A program made the position numbers and the translations under genes. Positions 37,040 to 50,345 of a DNA stretch of 64,000 nt are shown here, piece by piece. Every line of letters starts with the position of its first letter. The stretch's first letter is position 1. The notes under the pieces were generated by a model that saw only the letters and a list, made by a program, of their open reading frames with translations, did no database searches and had not been told where the DNA came from. The stretch comes from Rhina ancylostomus (lineage: Eukaryota). The stretch covers positions 10,699,084 through 10,763,083 of the forward strand of contig JARFYF010000084.1 in NCBI GenBank assembly GCA_030265395.1. Direction: 5' to 3'.

Positions 37040-38000
37040 ACCCATAATGTTTCAGAGTCATGGACTCTGAAATGTCTTTGGGCCTCCACTGCTTCCAGCT
37101 TTTTACCATTTAGAAAGTACATTGAGTTTAAAGTGAATGATCTCATATTTGCCTATATTAAAAAACATTTGGTACAGTTTTACCCATTTGCTCTGTCAAT
37201 TACATTCTGCCTAGAACGCTGTCTGTCTTTGTATCATCGGAAAACTTGGATAAGTAAGTTTCTATTCCACTATTTAAATGATTTATAATATGGTGGTTAT
37301 TTCCAGCTCCAATTTCCATCCTTGCAGCACACCATTGGCCAAATGAAGCCAAATTGAGTAGCTGCCGATTATCCAAACTCTGTCCCATTACTCAGTCAAT
37401 TTTGTGGTTTGATCAATAATTTGTTTTCAATTTCATGGGCTTTAGCTTCATCTAACAGTCTCATGAGTGGGAGGCATGAATGAGAAAGTGCTGAGTGGAG
37501 CAGCAAGTACTGTGGCATGCAAGACCTTTAAAAGCATTGTAGTACTATTATCTGATGTGTATGGTTAAATAAAACGTGTTCTTGCAAGCAGTCCTCAGAA
37601 GTAGTTAGGTTTGTAAATGTGACCCTCTCCACAAAAACTTGTGCACTACAGTCCTAACCATAATCTTTCAAAATTCCTACAATTCGGAGTCATTCATTCA
37701 ATATTTAAGAAACGCAAGAGAAAAAAATTCTATAAAATGCTTGTTTGAAGTCTATAAAAATAACATCTATAGATATCTTCTAGTTTTACTTGGTCATTAC
37801 CTTCACAATTTTTGTTCTGGCTTGATTCCTTTGCAAATTAATTCTAGCTGGTGTTGATCAGATGGAAGTGTGACTGAAGAGTTCCAATTTATCCTTAATA
37901 GACTGGTAATTTCTTGACAGTGGATGTTAGGCTGATTGGTCTATAATTTCAAGGTTTTCTTTCCCCACATTTCTTAAAGACTTGATTTTTTTTTCAGTCT
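37040..38000 (-). mobile_element. Old CR1 RT fragments
   Basis: INHLNSGIETYLSKFSDDTK (ORF 37200-37388). Confidence 0.7.
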
Positions 38001-38505
38001 AAAAGAATGGTTCTGAATTGTAGATTATGGTTAGGGCACAACTTCTTTGTGGGGAGGGTTGCTTGCAAACAAAACCCCTTTGGAAGGTTACTCAGAAGAA
38101 CATTTTTTACTTATCCATACACAACCAGATATTGGTACTTTTATGCTTCTAAAGTCTCATATGCCTCATCATTCACTGCTTTACTCAGCACTTTCTCTCT
38201 TCCCCCCCCCCACCCCTCCTTACTGCTTGATACAATACATCTTTGCTCCTTTCCAGTTTGCCATTTACCTTAGCATTTAACATGCTCTTTTTGAAAACAC
38301 CTGAGGCTTCTTCTGATTGGTGAGAACAACATTTTGCTTGAATAGTGCAATCCAAAATCAACACTCATTGGGATCCTTGGGAGCTCCAGAGGTAGGTTAT
38401 GTACTTTATACCAGTTTCACAGCACTGAAGTCTCCTCATGATTAAACCATTTAACTGAAAATCAATCATTTATAAGAGCTATCCAATTAGATAGCCCCAA
38501 TCTCC

Positions 38506-38560
38506 TGTTTCCCTGAGATTCTGCAATTTGTTTCCCCGAGATTCTGCAATTTGTTTCCCC
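38506..38560 (+). repeat. 23-bp tandem duplication (2.4 copies) within a decayed CR1 3' end (about 38480-38940, minus)
   Basis: tgtttccc(t/c)gagattctgcaatt twice, then tgtttcccc. Confidence 0.9.
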
Positions 38561-39459
38561 TGTATGTGTATGTCCAATTTGCTTTTGGAAGTTCTTACCT
38601 AATCTGGTTGCAGCAGCCAGTCAACCAGATCACAACCACTTTTCTAATGTTTGTGGTTCTTTTGCCAATTACCTCAAACTCGTTAACTCTGGTTCCTGAC
38701 TGCTCTTCCAGAGAAAAGAGTTTCCACCTCCTTTATCAAAATTTCACATAATGTTGAACATTGCTGTTAAATTTACCTTTAATTTTCTCTGCTCTGTGGA
38801 GAACAATACCAGTTTCCCTAGTCTCCCTACTTAACTGAAGTGGCTTGGTACTGCATGGTTCATTTGCCTTCTTTCTAGTACCTTGACATCTCTTCCAAAT
38901 TGGTACTCTAGTTGAGGCACAATTAGTGATTTATTAAATTTTATTAAAGGAATTCCAAATCTTACAGAATGAAAAGCACAATGGACATGTCTCAAAATTG
39001 GCTTCTGAAGCACAGATCTTGAGCAGCTGGCCGCATGCCGAAGGTAAATCTACTGGGACTCATTAAAAATAAGTACCAGGAGATCTCCTACTTAGTAGAT
39101 TTTCTGACTACTAATTCTAGTGAGCTTTATATTTGGCTTGCAGGCAACCTGAAATTCAGTGCCTGTAGCAACAGAATGAATCTTGTGCAACTACTGGTTA
39201 GTTATTGATAGTTAACATTCAGTTATCACACTTACAATCCAGAATGTACCATATTTAGGTAAAGTGAGACCTAAAGATTGTAATTGGAGAACATAGCTCT
39301 ATATATTAGTAATTATAATTTTTCATGTGCAATTGCAGATCAAATTAGGACACGAGGTTTGAACCAATATGTTTTGTTCCCATAAAATAGATTTATGAAC
39401 AATGCACAATTTAATGCACTGATACATATGTATTTCCTTTCACTCTGTGGGGATTTAAA

Positions 39460-40030
39460 GGTCAGGATCATGGCTTGCTCGTCATCGTGTAGCAGAGGTA
39501 GAATGCTAATGAACTTACGAGGACAGACAGATTTGAGAAGGATTCTTTATAATGCCTCTCCATTGATAGAGACAAAATGACCTTTATCTGAGGTTAAAAA
39601 AGGTCATAGAGATTCATAGTCATGTATAATGGTGCTGTTCTTGATACTTTTTTTTCTTGCATTGGAAGCACAGTGAAAATCACTTCCATTCTTTTGATGG
39701 ATAGAATCCATAGTGTGACTGGGAGAAGCTCTTCAGTGACTGGGAGGAAGTGGTTGGCGAGAATCCTTGTGATATCTTTACCTGTGGCAGACAGCAGAGA
39801 GACCCCTCCATAAATATGAAAATCACAGTCTCCTTTCTTGAAGATGGTTTCCACTTCCCAGATGAGGAACATGAATTCATGAATTTGTGCCTTAAGTAGT
39901 TATGTGGCATGATTTAATACTCCAGGAGGAATTATTTTGTCTGCTGCAGAGACATTTTTCAAATGTTGGATGGCCTTTTCATACTCTTGCTGCTCTGTAG
40001 CAGAGGTGAGGTTCTGGTGGGTACTGAACT
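39460..40030 (-). mobile_element. RTE-clade LINE RT N-terminal part
   Basis: GVSLLSATGKDITRILANHFLPVTEELLP, PLYM and INGEAL*RILLKSVCPRKFISILPLLHDDEQAMILT. Confidence 0.8.
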
Positions 40031-40164
40031 ATGAGATGGAGTCAAGGATACTTACATAAATCACAGAATCCTTGTTAAGATCTTTGATCTTTGCTGGCCA
40101 CCTCTGTCTTTGATAAGCTGTGTTGGCTCTCATTAGGTTAGATCCTGGGTATTTGTGCTGTAGG

Positions 40165-41010
40165 TAGCCTTGAGAAGAATCCTTCTCAAAATTGGCAATT
40201 CTTAGAGATTCATTACCATTCTACATCTGTTACAAAATGCCTTGCAAGCCATGACTTTGACCAAAGAGATCACCACTCACCCAATCCCACTGTACACTGC
40301 CGTCAAGCAAGGATATGCTATCTCACAAAATCTTTTCTCAATTTTCCTTGTGCACCTGACCTTCAACAAGCTTCCTGCTGGAGTTAATCTACAGGAGGAA
40401 TGGAAACTGTTCAATCTTTGTCTACTCCACTCTGCAACCAAGATCACTGACCTTAGTCATCGAGTTACTATGTGCAAAAGATGTTTGACTAAGTGCACAT
40501 TCAGAGGTAGAGTTCCAAGTCATGGTTGACTCCTTCGCATAAGTATATAAGAGAATGGGCCTTACACCAAAAATTCAGAAGATCCTCTACCAATGAACCC
40601 ACACTGTACTGCCCTTGAGATAGATGCCCTTGTCATCTCTCAGCAAAGGAAACATTGATGAAGATTCTCTTCTGTCTCCAATGCACCAGCACAGCCTTTG
40701 GCTGACTGAGTTTCAAAGATCAAGACCTCACCCCTAGCACCAGATAAAGTTTGCATAGCAGCAGTGAATCCCACCTTCCTATATGTTTTGGAAATGGGGG
40801 CAATCTTGTAAAGCAGAGAAAAGGTACCATCCATGCCATCTCTGTGAAATCCACCAATTCCATTGTTTGAACAGGCACACCAGTCACTTTGGGCCTCCTT
40901 AAAAGAATATATCGTCCTTACTACTCATAGGAATCCCTGCTCGTGGCTGCACAAAGTAGAGAAGGAGCATCTGGGAAGCCACTGAGCACCTTGAGTCTCA
41001 ATGGAGTGTA
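40165..41010 (+). mobile_element. RTE-clade LINE RT C-terminal part
   Basis: QAMTLTKEITTHPIPLYTAVKQGYAISQNLFSIFL, KLFNL and caatgcaccagcacagcctttggc...tttcaaagatcaagacctc. Confidence 0.8.
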
Positions 41011-41374
41011 TGGAGGCCACTTCAGAACCCATTGNNNNNNNNNNNNNNNNNNNNNNNNNNNNNNNNNTGAGATACTACCTAAGTAGGTCAAATTTAACAT
41101 GTTTTTAAACTGAGGTTTGCCTATTGGAAACTCATTCTAGCCTCCTTGCATTTAGTTAATCAAGAACGAGATAGTCCCTTGTGGACCTGCTTTAGATGCC
41201 TATCTTAGATTGTCCACGTATCCGAAACATGTAGGAGGGTGGGGTTTATAGCAGCTGGTTCTGAAGATAATCTCATCGTGATAGGTTTCTGTTGAAAGGC
41301 AATGAAGCTGTGCTGTTCTAGTACAGGGGATACTTTGTGTAATGAATTTAAGATAATTTTACCTATTTGTGATG

Positions 41375-41810
41375 AGGCCATTGCTGACTACATCAGGAAT
41401 CTCTAATTGTCCTTGACAAGGCATTGGTGAGCCACTTTGAACAGTTGCAGTCCTTCCGTTCAAGGTATTCCACTGTACTCTTGATTAGGTTTATTAGAAT
41501 TAGTTGCTCTTGAATAGGAATACAGGACTCAGACTCAGTGATGATAAAGGAATGATGAGTTGTTTCCAACTCTGGACAAAGGTGTCACTTGGAAAGGAAC
41601 TCACAGGTGTTGGTATTCCCATGTGCCTGTTGCTCTTGACCTTCTCTACCATGGTCCTGAGTTTTGGAGTTGCTTCGGTGCATTTGTTAGTGGTCGCTAT
41701 CTACTACCAAGCACTGTGGGGAAATTGTCCCAGAGTGGCAAACAGGTTTTAAGGGTGGTATAGCTTCACCACAACCATCCCACAGACTGAGTTTCTTGCC
41801 CTGCAATTAT
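41375..41810 (-). mobile_element. Second LINE family 3' fragment
   Basis: ctaattgtccttgacaagg...ggtgagccac...cttggaaaggaactcacaggtgttggtattcccatgtgcctg. Confidence 0.7.
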
Positions 41811-44800
41811 TTTAGCATTTAGAAGGATTGGTGACCAGCTTATTTGTTATTGATGCTCCAAATGGCTTTTGAAGTGACTTGAACTCTCTCTAGTATTCAA
41901 AGCCTTTTTAAAGGTTGACATTCTTTATATATCCATATGTCTACTTATCTTAAGTGGCTATATTTTCTTTTAAATGATTCTGTCAACCTTTTGTTAGCAA
42001 CCTTTGNNNNNNNNNNNNNNNNNNNNNNNNNNNNNNNNNNNNNNNNNNNNNNNNNNNCTGTGTCTGCTCTAATAATGGAATTAGATGGGTGGTGGTGGGA
42101 ATAGGTTGTAGGTCATTTAAGATTATTATGCAAACTATATTATGTATGCAGGCTGAAATCTCATCATGTGCACGTAACGCCAATTGGAGCTATACCTTCA
42201 AAACTCAGAAATGCAATTCCTTCTGAAAGTGCATGTACTGGAACCTGTCAACTGTGTGTTAATAAGGAATTCCAAATCTATATAACAATTCAAACTTCTA
42301 ATGTTTTCAAAATAATAATAGAAGATACCTCTTTCGAAGTGAATCCCCCAGTTCCTTTAATGAGAAGAAGTATTGGAAACTGCTTAAGCACCATTCCACT
42401 TGTCTGTTAATGTAAAATGTTAAACAGAGAAAGGTCAGAAGCTTCCATTACTTAAGCATAAAAGCTTTTTATCTCCAGGGTAGCCAAACAGGAGAAAATA
42501 ACTGTGTGGTGACACAGAAAACTGCTTTTGAATGTTTAATGATGTAAAGCCCCACTATATATTAAAAAAAAGTTAGTACCTTTTGGGTAAATGGATTTTC
42601 AATTTACAAAGTAATTAGCATTCGTTTTATCACTCTTGTTGCTTTTTTAAGTAAAAATAATACTATTTGTTATTTTCTTTCAACATCATTATNNNNNNNN
42701 NNNNNNNNNNNNNNNNNNNNNNNNNNNNNNNNNNNNNNNNNNNNNNNNNNNNNNNNNNNNNNNNNNNNNNNNNNNNNNNNNNNNNNNNNNNNAACATCAT
42801 TATTGTGGGGACATCTGACATTTAAGAATATAGGGAGATAAGCAATGATTGTAAACACTAGATGAGTATAGCACAGAAGGAGATCATTTGAGCCATCATG
42901 CCCATGGTGGCTGTCTCATAGAACTGTTCAACAGACTCCCTTTTCATAGACGCATAAATGAATTCCCTGTTCAAACATTTATCCAGAGTCCATTTGAATG
43001 TTGCATTTCAATCTGTTTCCACCTCTCCTTCAGGCATTGATTGTAATATCTCTTCTGGCCCTCTTGTTAATTATGTTATTTCGGTGTTTTCTGGTTATCA
43101 GTCCTTCTACTTAAATCTGTCTTTACTGATTACTGACTGGTGCTAGACTGGAAACCATTTGGGAAATCTTTCATTTTAATAGCGCCTTCCATATCCTTTC
43201 AGAGTAACACAAATAATTTTATAACTGATATATATTTTTGAACACTTGTATCATATACTAAATAAATGAAAACATATATATAAAGTAAAAGCAATGTCTA
43301 AAAAAATGCTTAGACTCTAGATTTTGTTTCCAATATTATTTAGCCTTCAATCTATTTTTTCTTAAATAGTACTTTACTAACTGATTCCAAATGATCTCCC
43401 CAAATGTCATCCAGACATTGAGAAAATTAGTTTCCACTCTGTTTAAGCTCATGTGAAATTAGTTTTTGATCAGACTTGGATAAATTCTGAAATGCTAAAA
43501 ATGTAGAAGCCTATTAAATGCCTGAGGATTCTGAAGAATATGTGTTTTAAGGTGACTCATTAGCAGTGTTTTTGCTGTGTTGCCAGTAAAAGTTATTTTT
43601 CTTTTATTTTGTCTGAAAACTAAAGAATCACAGGTATTTTTAACTTGGTTCAGTGAAATGTTAAGGTATCCAGCTGGTAATATATTTTTAAATTACACGC
43701 TTTGTTAATAATCTTGACTTGTTCTTTGCTTTTCTATTCCAATTTCACAGATCATTGACTTATTAAAAGGTATAATAACTCAGTTTAATGACTGCATTTT
43801 TTTGGCTTAATCATTTTTGTAGCCATTCCAATACTTTCATATGACAGTTTAATGACAAAGGTAAGCAACGAATCAGATAGACTGGCAATCAGAGTATTAC
43901 ATTAGTTTCCAAAGTTTCACTGCTTTATATTGTACCTGCTACAGGATTTTACTGAAATTGTTTTAGCATCATTTCTGGGAAATAACTATTTTGATCATAT
44001 ATAACATTGTAGACAACTGTCTGCCTTAAAATAATTTTTAGATCACAAAATATTGATGAAGTAAACATTTACAGGACATTGGAAGTTTTGTTCTAATTAT
44101 GCCTCTCCTAAATCTAAAATGTCAAATTAGTGCGCTGCTGCAGTTTTACTGCACAGTCAGAGGCAATGTTTTCTGGATATGAGTTTAAATTCACACGGGA
44201 CTAACCGATCACAGGGCAGTGATCAAAAATAGCTGCTGGATTCTTCTAGTTTCCGAGCCATTCCAACATTTCTCACCAATTTTCAAAGTAATTACTAGAA
44301 AAATGTTGTTTGCTTGGTGGTTATGTTAATATACTAGCAATCCAAATTGCTGAGTCCAAAATCATACCAGGGCAAGTTCCGAAATCACTAGATTTTTAGA
44401 AATGTGCAAAACGACCATGACAGCTACTGGATTGTCATAAACATTCCAATTAGTTCACGCATGTCTTTCAGGGAAGCAAGTATAGTGTTCATGCTAACCA
44501 AGCACGTATATGATTCCAGCCCCTCACTGCACAGTTGATTTTGATGCCCTTGGGGCATTTGGGGAAATGGAAATAATATTGCCTTGCCATTAACAAATTA
44601 AGACAAAAACTATTAGAAATGTTCCATTCCATTTAAAAAAAACTACATTAGGCTCATAAGTACATAATGTTTATTTCCATTACACAGAAAATTGAGACGC
44701 TAAGAATCAAGGCCATAGATGTAGGATTTTTAAATCCATGAAGAAATTCAAGCATTTGGAACTCTCAACATTAGGAGTAGTTGAGGCTAATGTTATACAT

Positions 44801-47139
44801 CATCTTATTACTGGCATAGGTGCACTAACTGGCAAGCTCATGAAGAAGAAAGGAAAAAAGAGGTGACATATGAAGGAAATAGGAGGAGGTGTGTGGAGTG
44901 TAAGGCATGGATGGAGACCAAGATTGTTTTAGATGTGCAAGTAACCATGTTTACATAAATTCCCTAGATCCTAAATTTAAAAAAAACATTGGAATAAAAT
45001 GCAATGTTTAACTTGGCTATTTTCACATGCATTTGGGATTCTGAAGTGAGCAAATGCTGTTTGGCTTCTAATATTCACTTGTACCAGTGAACATGACTGT
45101 GTTGAACTGGAAACAACTTATTATTTTTTCCTCAAGCATACCCCTTGGCTTCATCGTGCTTGTAGAAAATGGAGCAAATCACTAAATGATTGCCAGTAAA
45201 ATTTTCCCAACTTCTTCAGTTGAGCTGGTCAAGTCATTAAGAAGTTTTGTAGCCTTCAAAAACAATATGTTTATTGAAGTGGCTCATTACTGTTTTGCTG
45301 TTTAGGGACCCTAAATGATGTGCTGCAAAATATGGGAGTCATGCCCGAAGAATATTTCAAAAATTTCCCAAATAAAACTACAGATACAAAAGTATGGACA
45401 AGACATCTAACTATACCAAAGCTAAGGGGAAAAATATTGCTGTCAAACATTTGTTTCCACCAATCCCTTTATAAATTTGAATTTATGTCTTAAAAGTTAG
45501 ATAAGGTTAGAGATATTAGAGATAAATTTGATAATGGTTGCTCCCTCTAGTGGAGGAACCAAAAATTGGCAAACTTCTGATTGGATTGCAATCAACCAAT
45601 CAAATCATAATATTTTCAAAACAGTGCTGGGAAGCAGAAAGGTAAGAGTTCAAGAATTTATGTAAGCAAAGAATGAGATGGTACAGGAGACTGACTCTGT
45701 TAAATAGTTATACCCTGTTGGACAAGAGCCAACTACTTACTACCATTGCCTTATAAACTTTCCCCATTAAATATTTATCCAGTTTCTTTTAAGAAGTTAT
45801 TATTGGCTCAAGTTTTGCATTTGTAATGATGCCATTGTTAGGTGTAGAAATCCTGAAGCTGCTGTCAGTGATCCCATACTCCTCTACAGGGTAAACAGTT
45901 TTGCAGCTTTGATTTTCCGCTATGATTTTCAGAAATAAGTAAATTGACACACAATCCAGTTATGTACAAATTTTCCTAATGGAAAAGTACCTTGAAATGT
46001 TACATGGAGGTGGGTGAGGTGCAAGTGAATTTTTAATGGTTTACTGAGACATTGACTGCTTTGTTACACCTTTTGATCTTTTAAAAAAAACCCTAAATTT
46101 AAGGATGTCAATTATAGTTCCAACAAATGCATTTCAAAATACATGTACTATTTTTTCTTAAAGATTCTGTTTATGTATTTTGCCTATATTTTGTGTTAGC
46201 CATATATTTCAATTATTTAGCATTCCGTAAAATTTTAGTGAAAATTTGTGAATTTTATTTTCTGGTTTGCAGTGTGTGAGAATTGTGTGATTGTGTCGGC
46301 ATGTGTCTGTGATCGTGTACGTGTGATTGTGTGTGGGAGGCTTTTCATTGCACCGTTGCACACGGANNNNNNNNNNNNNNNNNNNNNNNNNNNNNNNNNN
46401 NNNNNNNNNNNNNNNNNNNNNNNNNNNNNNNNNNNNNNNNNNNNNNNNNNNNNNNNNNNNNNNNNNCCAGTTACTTGAAAGTACGCATGACAGCAATTAA
46501 CGTTGGAAAAAGGAAAGTGCATATTACAAAGGTTATTAGATCTTTGTGAGCAGCATTCTTTGAGGTCATCAGTGAGTGTTGTCCCATCGCTGCTATCCAG
46601 GCCACTAAATCTTCCAAAGCAATGCCTTTGTATCATGAAAGCTTATTGTTGAAAAGATGTCTCCTCATTCTATCTGTTTCTTTTGCCATTTGCCTAAAAG
46701 CTCTCTCTTCATGGTACAACTCTGCTACTTGAACAAATGTCTAAATAACTTTGAACACCTTTCTGAAATCTCTGCTTAACATTCCCTGTTCCAAGGAGAA
46801 GAGCATCTTGTCTCATCAACTAAATGAAGACTTGAGTCACTGATATCATTGAAGTAAATAGCCACAGCACCCTCTGTAAGTTCTTGACATCCTGTATAGA
46901 TTAATTTGGGGAAAAAGTCAAATTAATTCACCTTGAAGAAAAGGTGGAACAACTTAAATAAAATCTCCTTCTTTGCTATTGTTTTAAGGTGTTATTGTAA
47001 CTTGAGAAAGGCATGGTTGATGTTTGTGTAGATGTTTGCCTTGACGTCAGTATTCAATGTAGTAGACAGAGCATAAGTGCAAATCAGATGAAAGCTTTGC
47101 AGTTCTGCCACATCTGTTTGCGAATGGTAAACAGGTAAT

Positions 47140-50100
47140 GGGGGGGAGAAGGCTCTGAGAATATTCCCCTTCGCAATGATGGTGGGAGCCACTTGGACAC
47201 TAAAGGTAAGACTGAAGCCTTTGCAGCAATGTAGAGTGGTTGATCAATCTCATCCTCCATCTGAGATCCCCACCATCAAAACTAGTCTTCAGCCAATTCA
47301 GTTCACTCCTTGCGATATCAAGAAACAGCTGATAATACATGTCGCTGCTTTAACATTAAAGATGTACTCCAGAACAGGTTGTGCCTTTGGACAAGCTGTT
47401 CCAGTACAGTTACAACAATGGCATCTACCCAAAAATATGGAAAATTGCCGAGGTAATATCCTGATCACAAAAAGCGGGACAGATCCAGTCTGGCTATTAC
47501 CCAATGAGTCTACTCTCATTCATCAGCAAAGTGATGGAAGGTGTCATTCACTGTGCTTTCACACCACATATTTAGTCACCAATGATCTAATGACTAATGA
47601 GCAGTTTGAGTTTCACCAGGATCACTCAGTTCCAGATCTCATCACAGACTTGGTCCAAATAGGGACCAAAGAACTGAAATCCAGAAGTAAGGCAAGAGTG
47701 TTTGATCTTGACAACAATATTTGACTGAGTGGTGTTGAGGAACCCTGATAAAACAATTCAATGAGCATCAGGAGACACGTAGTCCAATGGTTTGGACTTG
47801 TATCTCACGCAATAAAAGATGATAGTACTTGTTGAAGGTCAATCATCCCAGCCCCATGACATCACTGCAGGAGTTTCTTCAGCTATTTTATCAATGACTT
47901 TCTTTCCATCATAATTCCACACCTGCATGCATCAAGACTGAGATATTATTCAGATATAGGTAAATAAATGCCAAGTAACAGTCACACTACAAAAATGCCA
48001 GGTAACAACCATAATGATCAAGAGAGTGTTTAACAACACACCCATAAGATTGAATGGCATTACCATCGCTGAGTCAACATCTTGGTATTGGTTTATTATT
48101 GTCACCTTTTATGAGGTACAGTGAAAGACTTGTCTTGCATACCATTCATACAGATCAATTCATTACACAGTGCATNNNNNNNNNNNNNNNNNNNNNNNNN
48201 NNNNNNNNNNNNNNNNNNNNNNNNNNNNNNNNNNNNNNNNNNNNNNNNNNNNNNNNNNNNNNNNNNNNNNNNNNNGGTCGAGGTTGTCTGGGAGGTTGGA
48301 GTTAATGCGTGCCATGACCAACCTCTCGAAGCACTTCATGATGGTGGATGTCAGAGCCACCAGTTGTTAGTCATTAAGGCACGTTTTTCTTAGGTACTGG
48401 GGTGAGGTAGGAACCTCAGATTGAAGCAGAGAGAGGTTAAGTATGTCTGCAAATACCCCCACCAGCTGATCAGCACAATATCTGAGCACACAGCCAGGGA
48501 TGCCATCCGGGCCAGATGCTTTTCTTGGGTTCACTCTCCAGAAGACTGATGTTTTGTCCTCGACGGTGACCACGGGTTCAGTTGCATTGGAGACTGTTAG
48601 GGTGGGTAGTGACAACCCACTTCTCTTTTGTTCAAAATGTGCATAGAATGCATTAAGCTCATCAGGAAGGTATGCGCTGCTGTTGACTATGCTGCCTGAC
48701 TTCATTTTTTAGCCTATTATAGCATGTCACAATTGACGGCTGTTCTGGGACTCTATTTTGAACCAATGTTTTCTCTTGGCATTCCTGATAGCTTTTCAGA
48801 GGTCATATCTCGATTTCTTGTAAAGGTTAGGGTCACCTGATCGAAATGCAGCAGTCCTCGACATCAGTAAGGAGTGGATCTCCCGGGTTCATCCATGGCT
48901 TCCAGTTTGGGAACACTCTGATTGTCCTCTTTGTTACACGATCCTCAGAACACTTGCTAATAAAGTCCATGATGGTGGGTCATACATATCTAGGCTGGCT
49001 GCTGAGTCTTTGAGTGTGGACCAGTCCACTGACTCAAAGCAGTCGCGTAGAAGCTCATCTATTTCCTCAGACCAGCACTGCTTGACTCTCTGTACTGGGT
49101 CCTCCTGTTTCAGTTTCTGTTTGTATTCAGGGAGGAGGAACACAGCCTGGTGGTCTGATTTACCAAAGTGAGGGCGAGGGGTGGCTCAGAAGGCATCTTT
49201 GGTAGGTTTATAGCAATCGTCAAGGGTGTTGGGGCCCCTGGTGGGACAGGAAACGTGCTGGTTGTACTTTGGTAACACACTCTTGAAGTTATTGATTAAG
49301 AAGCAGACCCCTCTGCCTCTAATTTTGCTCAAGGACGTTGTATGTTCCTTTCGGTGGATTGAGAAGCTTTCAGATTGTATGATACAGTCAGCTGAAGCAG
49401 GTGTAAGCCATGTTTCAGTGAGACATAGCACTCAGTAGCACACAGCAGTCCCTCAGTTCTCTTTGATAATTCAGTCTTGCCCTTAATTCATCAACCTTGG
49501 ACGTTAGCTAGTAGTATGCTAGGGAGGGGGGTCTTGTAGCCATGCAGTTTCAGCCTCACCTGCAGCCCAGCCCTCTTACCACACTTCCAAGGTAAGCGGC
49601 TGCGACTTGTCGGTCCTGGAGTGAAGCTACCTGGTATGTGATTGCTTAAGGACAGACCTGGAAGACTTGGAGCGGATTCACCTGGAAGGTAAATGATTTC
49701 TTCTGGGCAGACTGAAGACCTGGAGGGGATTCTTCTGAGCCACCACTGACAAGAATTCAGTACACTAGTCCCATATAACATGTGAGAACATGTCAGAGGC
49801 TGGGTATCTTGAGCCAAGTGGTGCAATTCCTTATTCCCCCGAGTCATTGCATCATTGATGATTAGGAATGTGTTGGAATATTTTCCACTCAGGTGACTGA
49901 AACTTTTGCATCATTCAAGAATTCAAATTCAGCACCGTTCTGGATCAGGTAGCATTCTTGATTAGTATTTTATCTGCCATCCTCAACATTCATTCCCTTC
50001 ACCATCAGTTCACTGGCTGCGGTATGTGTGACCTACAAAAGCTATTCTGAGTGCATCCCAAAGCCACAGCCTTTACTACTGAAGGACTTCAGCTGCATGG

Positions 50101-50345
50101 AATCATGATCACTTATATGTTCCTTGCCATATTGCACACCATGCTGATTTGATGGATATCTATTGCCATTCCTTCATTGTAACTGAGTCGAAATCCTAGA
50201 ACCTCCCTCCCCTATAGTATTGTGGGAGAAACCTTACCAGGAGGATTGCAGTGCTTCAAGAAGGAGGCTTCCAAGTGCAATAAGGAATGGGTGGTAAATG
50301 TTAGCCTTGCCATTGATGACTAGACCCTGAAGAATGAATAAATAA
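47140..50345 (+). mobile_element. Second-family LINE (CR1/L2 superfamily) split by a Rex-Babar insertion
   Basis: The 5' part (47140-48082; SLQPIQFTPCDIKKQL, LMTNEQFEFHQDHSVPDLITDLVQ) resumes at about 49741 and ends with the tail gtaaatgttagccttgcc...gaatgaataaataaaaa. Confidence 0.75.
48083..49740 (-). mobile_element. Rex1/Babar-clade LINE, internally deleted and decayed (APE endonuclease, RT N-terminus, 3' tail)
   Basis: KRAGLQVRLK...PLPSILLANVQ, LCLTETWL, LPDELNAFYAHFE, VNPRKASGPDGIPG and ALTSTIMKCFERLV; 3' tail at 48083-48175. Confidence 0.9.

Noticed and set aside
42681-42804. Repeat aacatcattat flanking a 100-N gap
   Set aside because: Same contig-overlap artefact.
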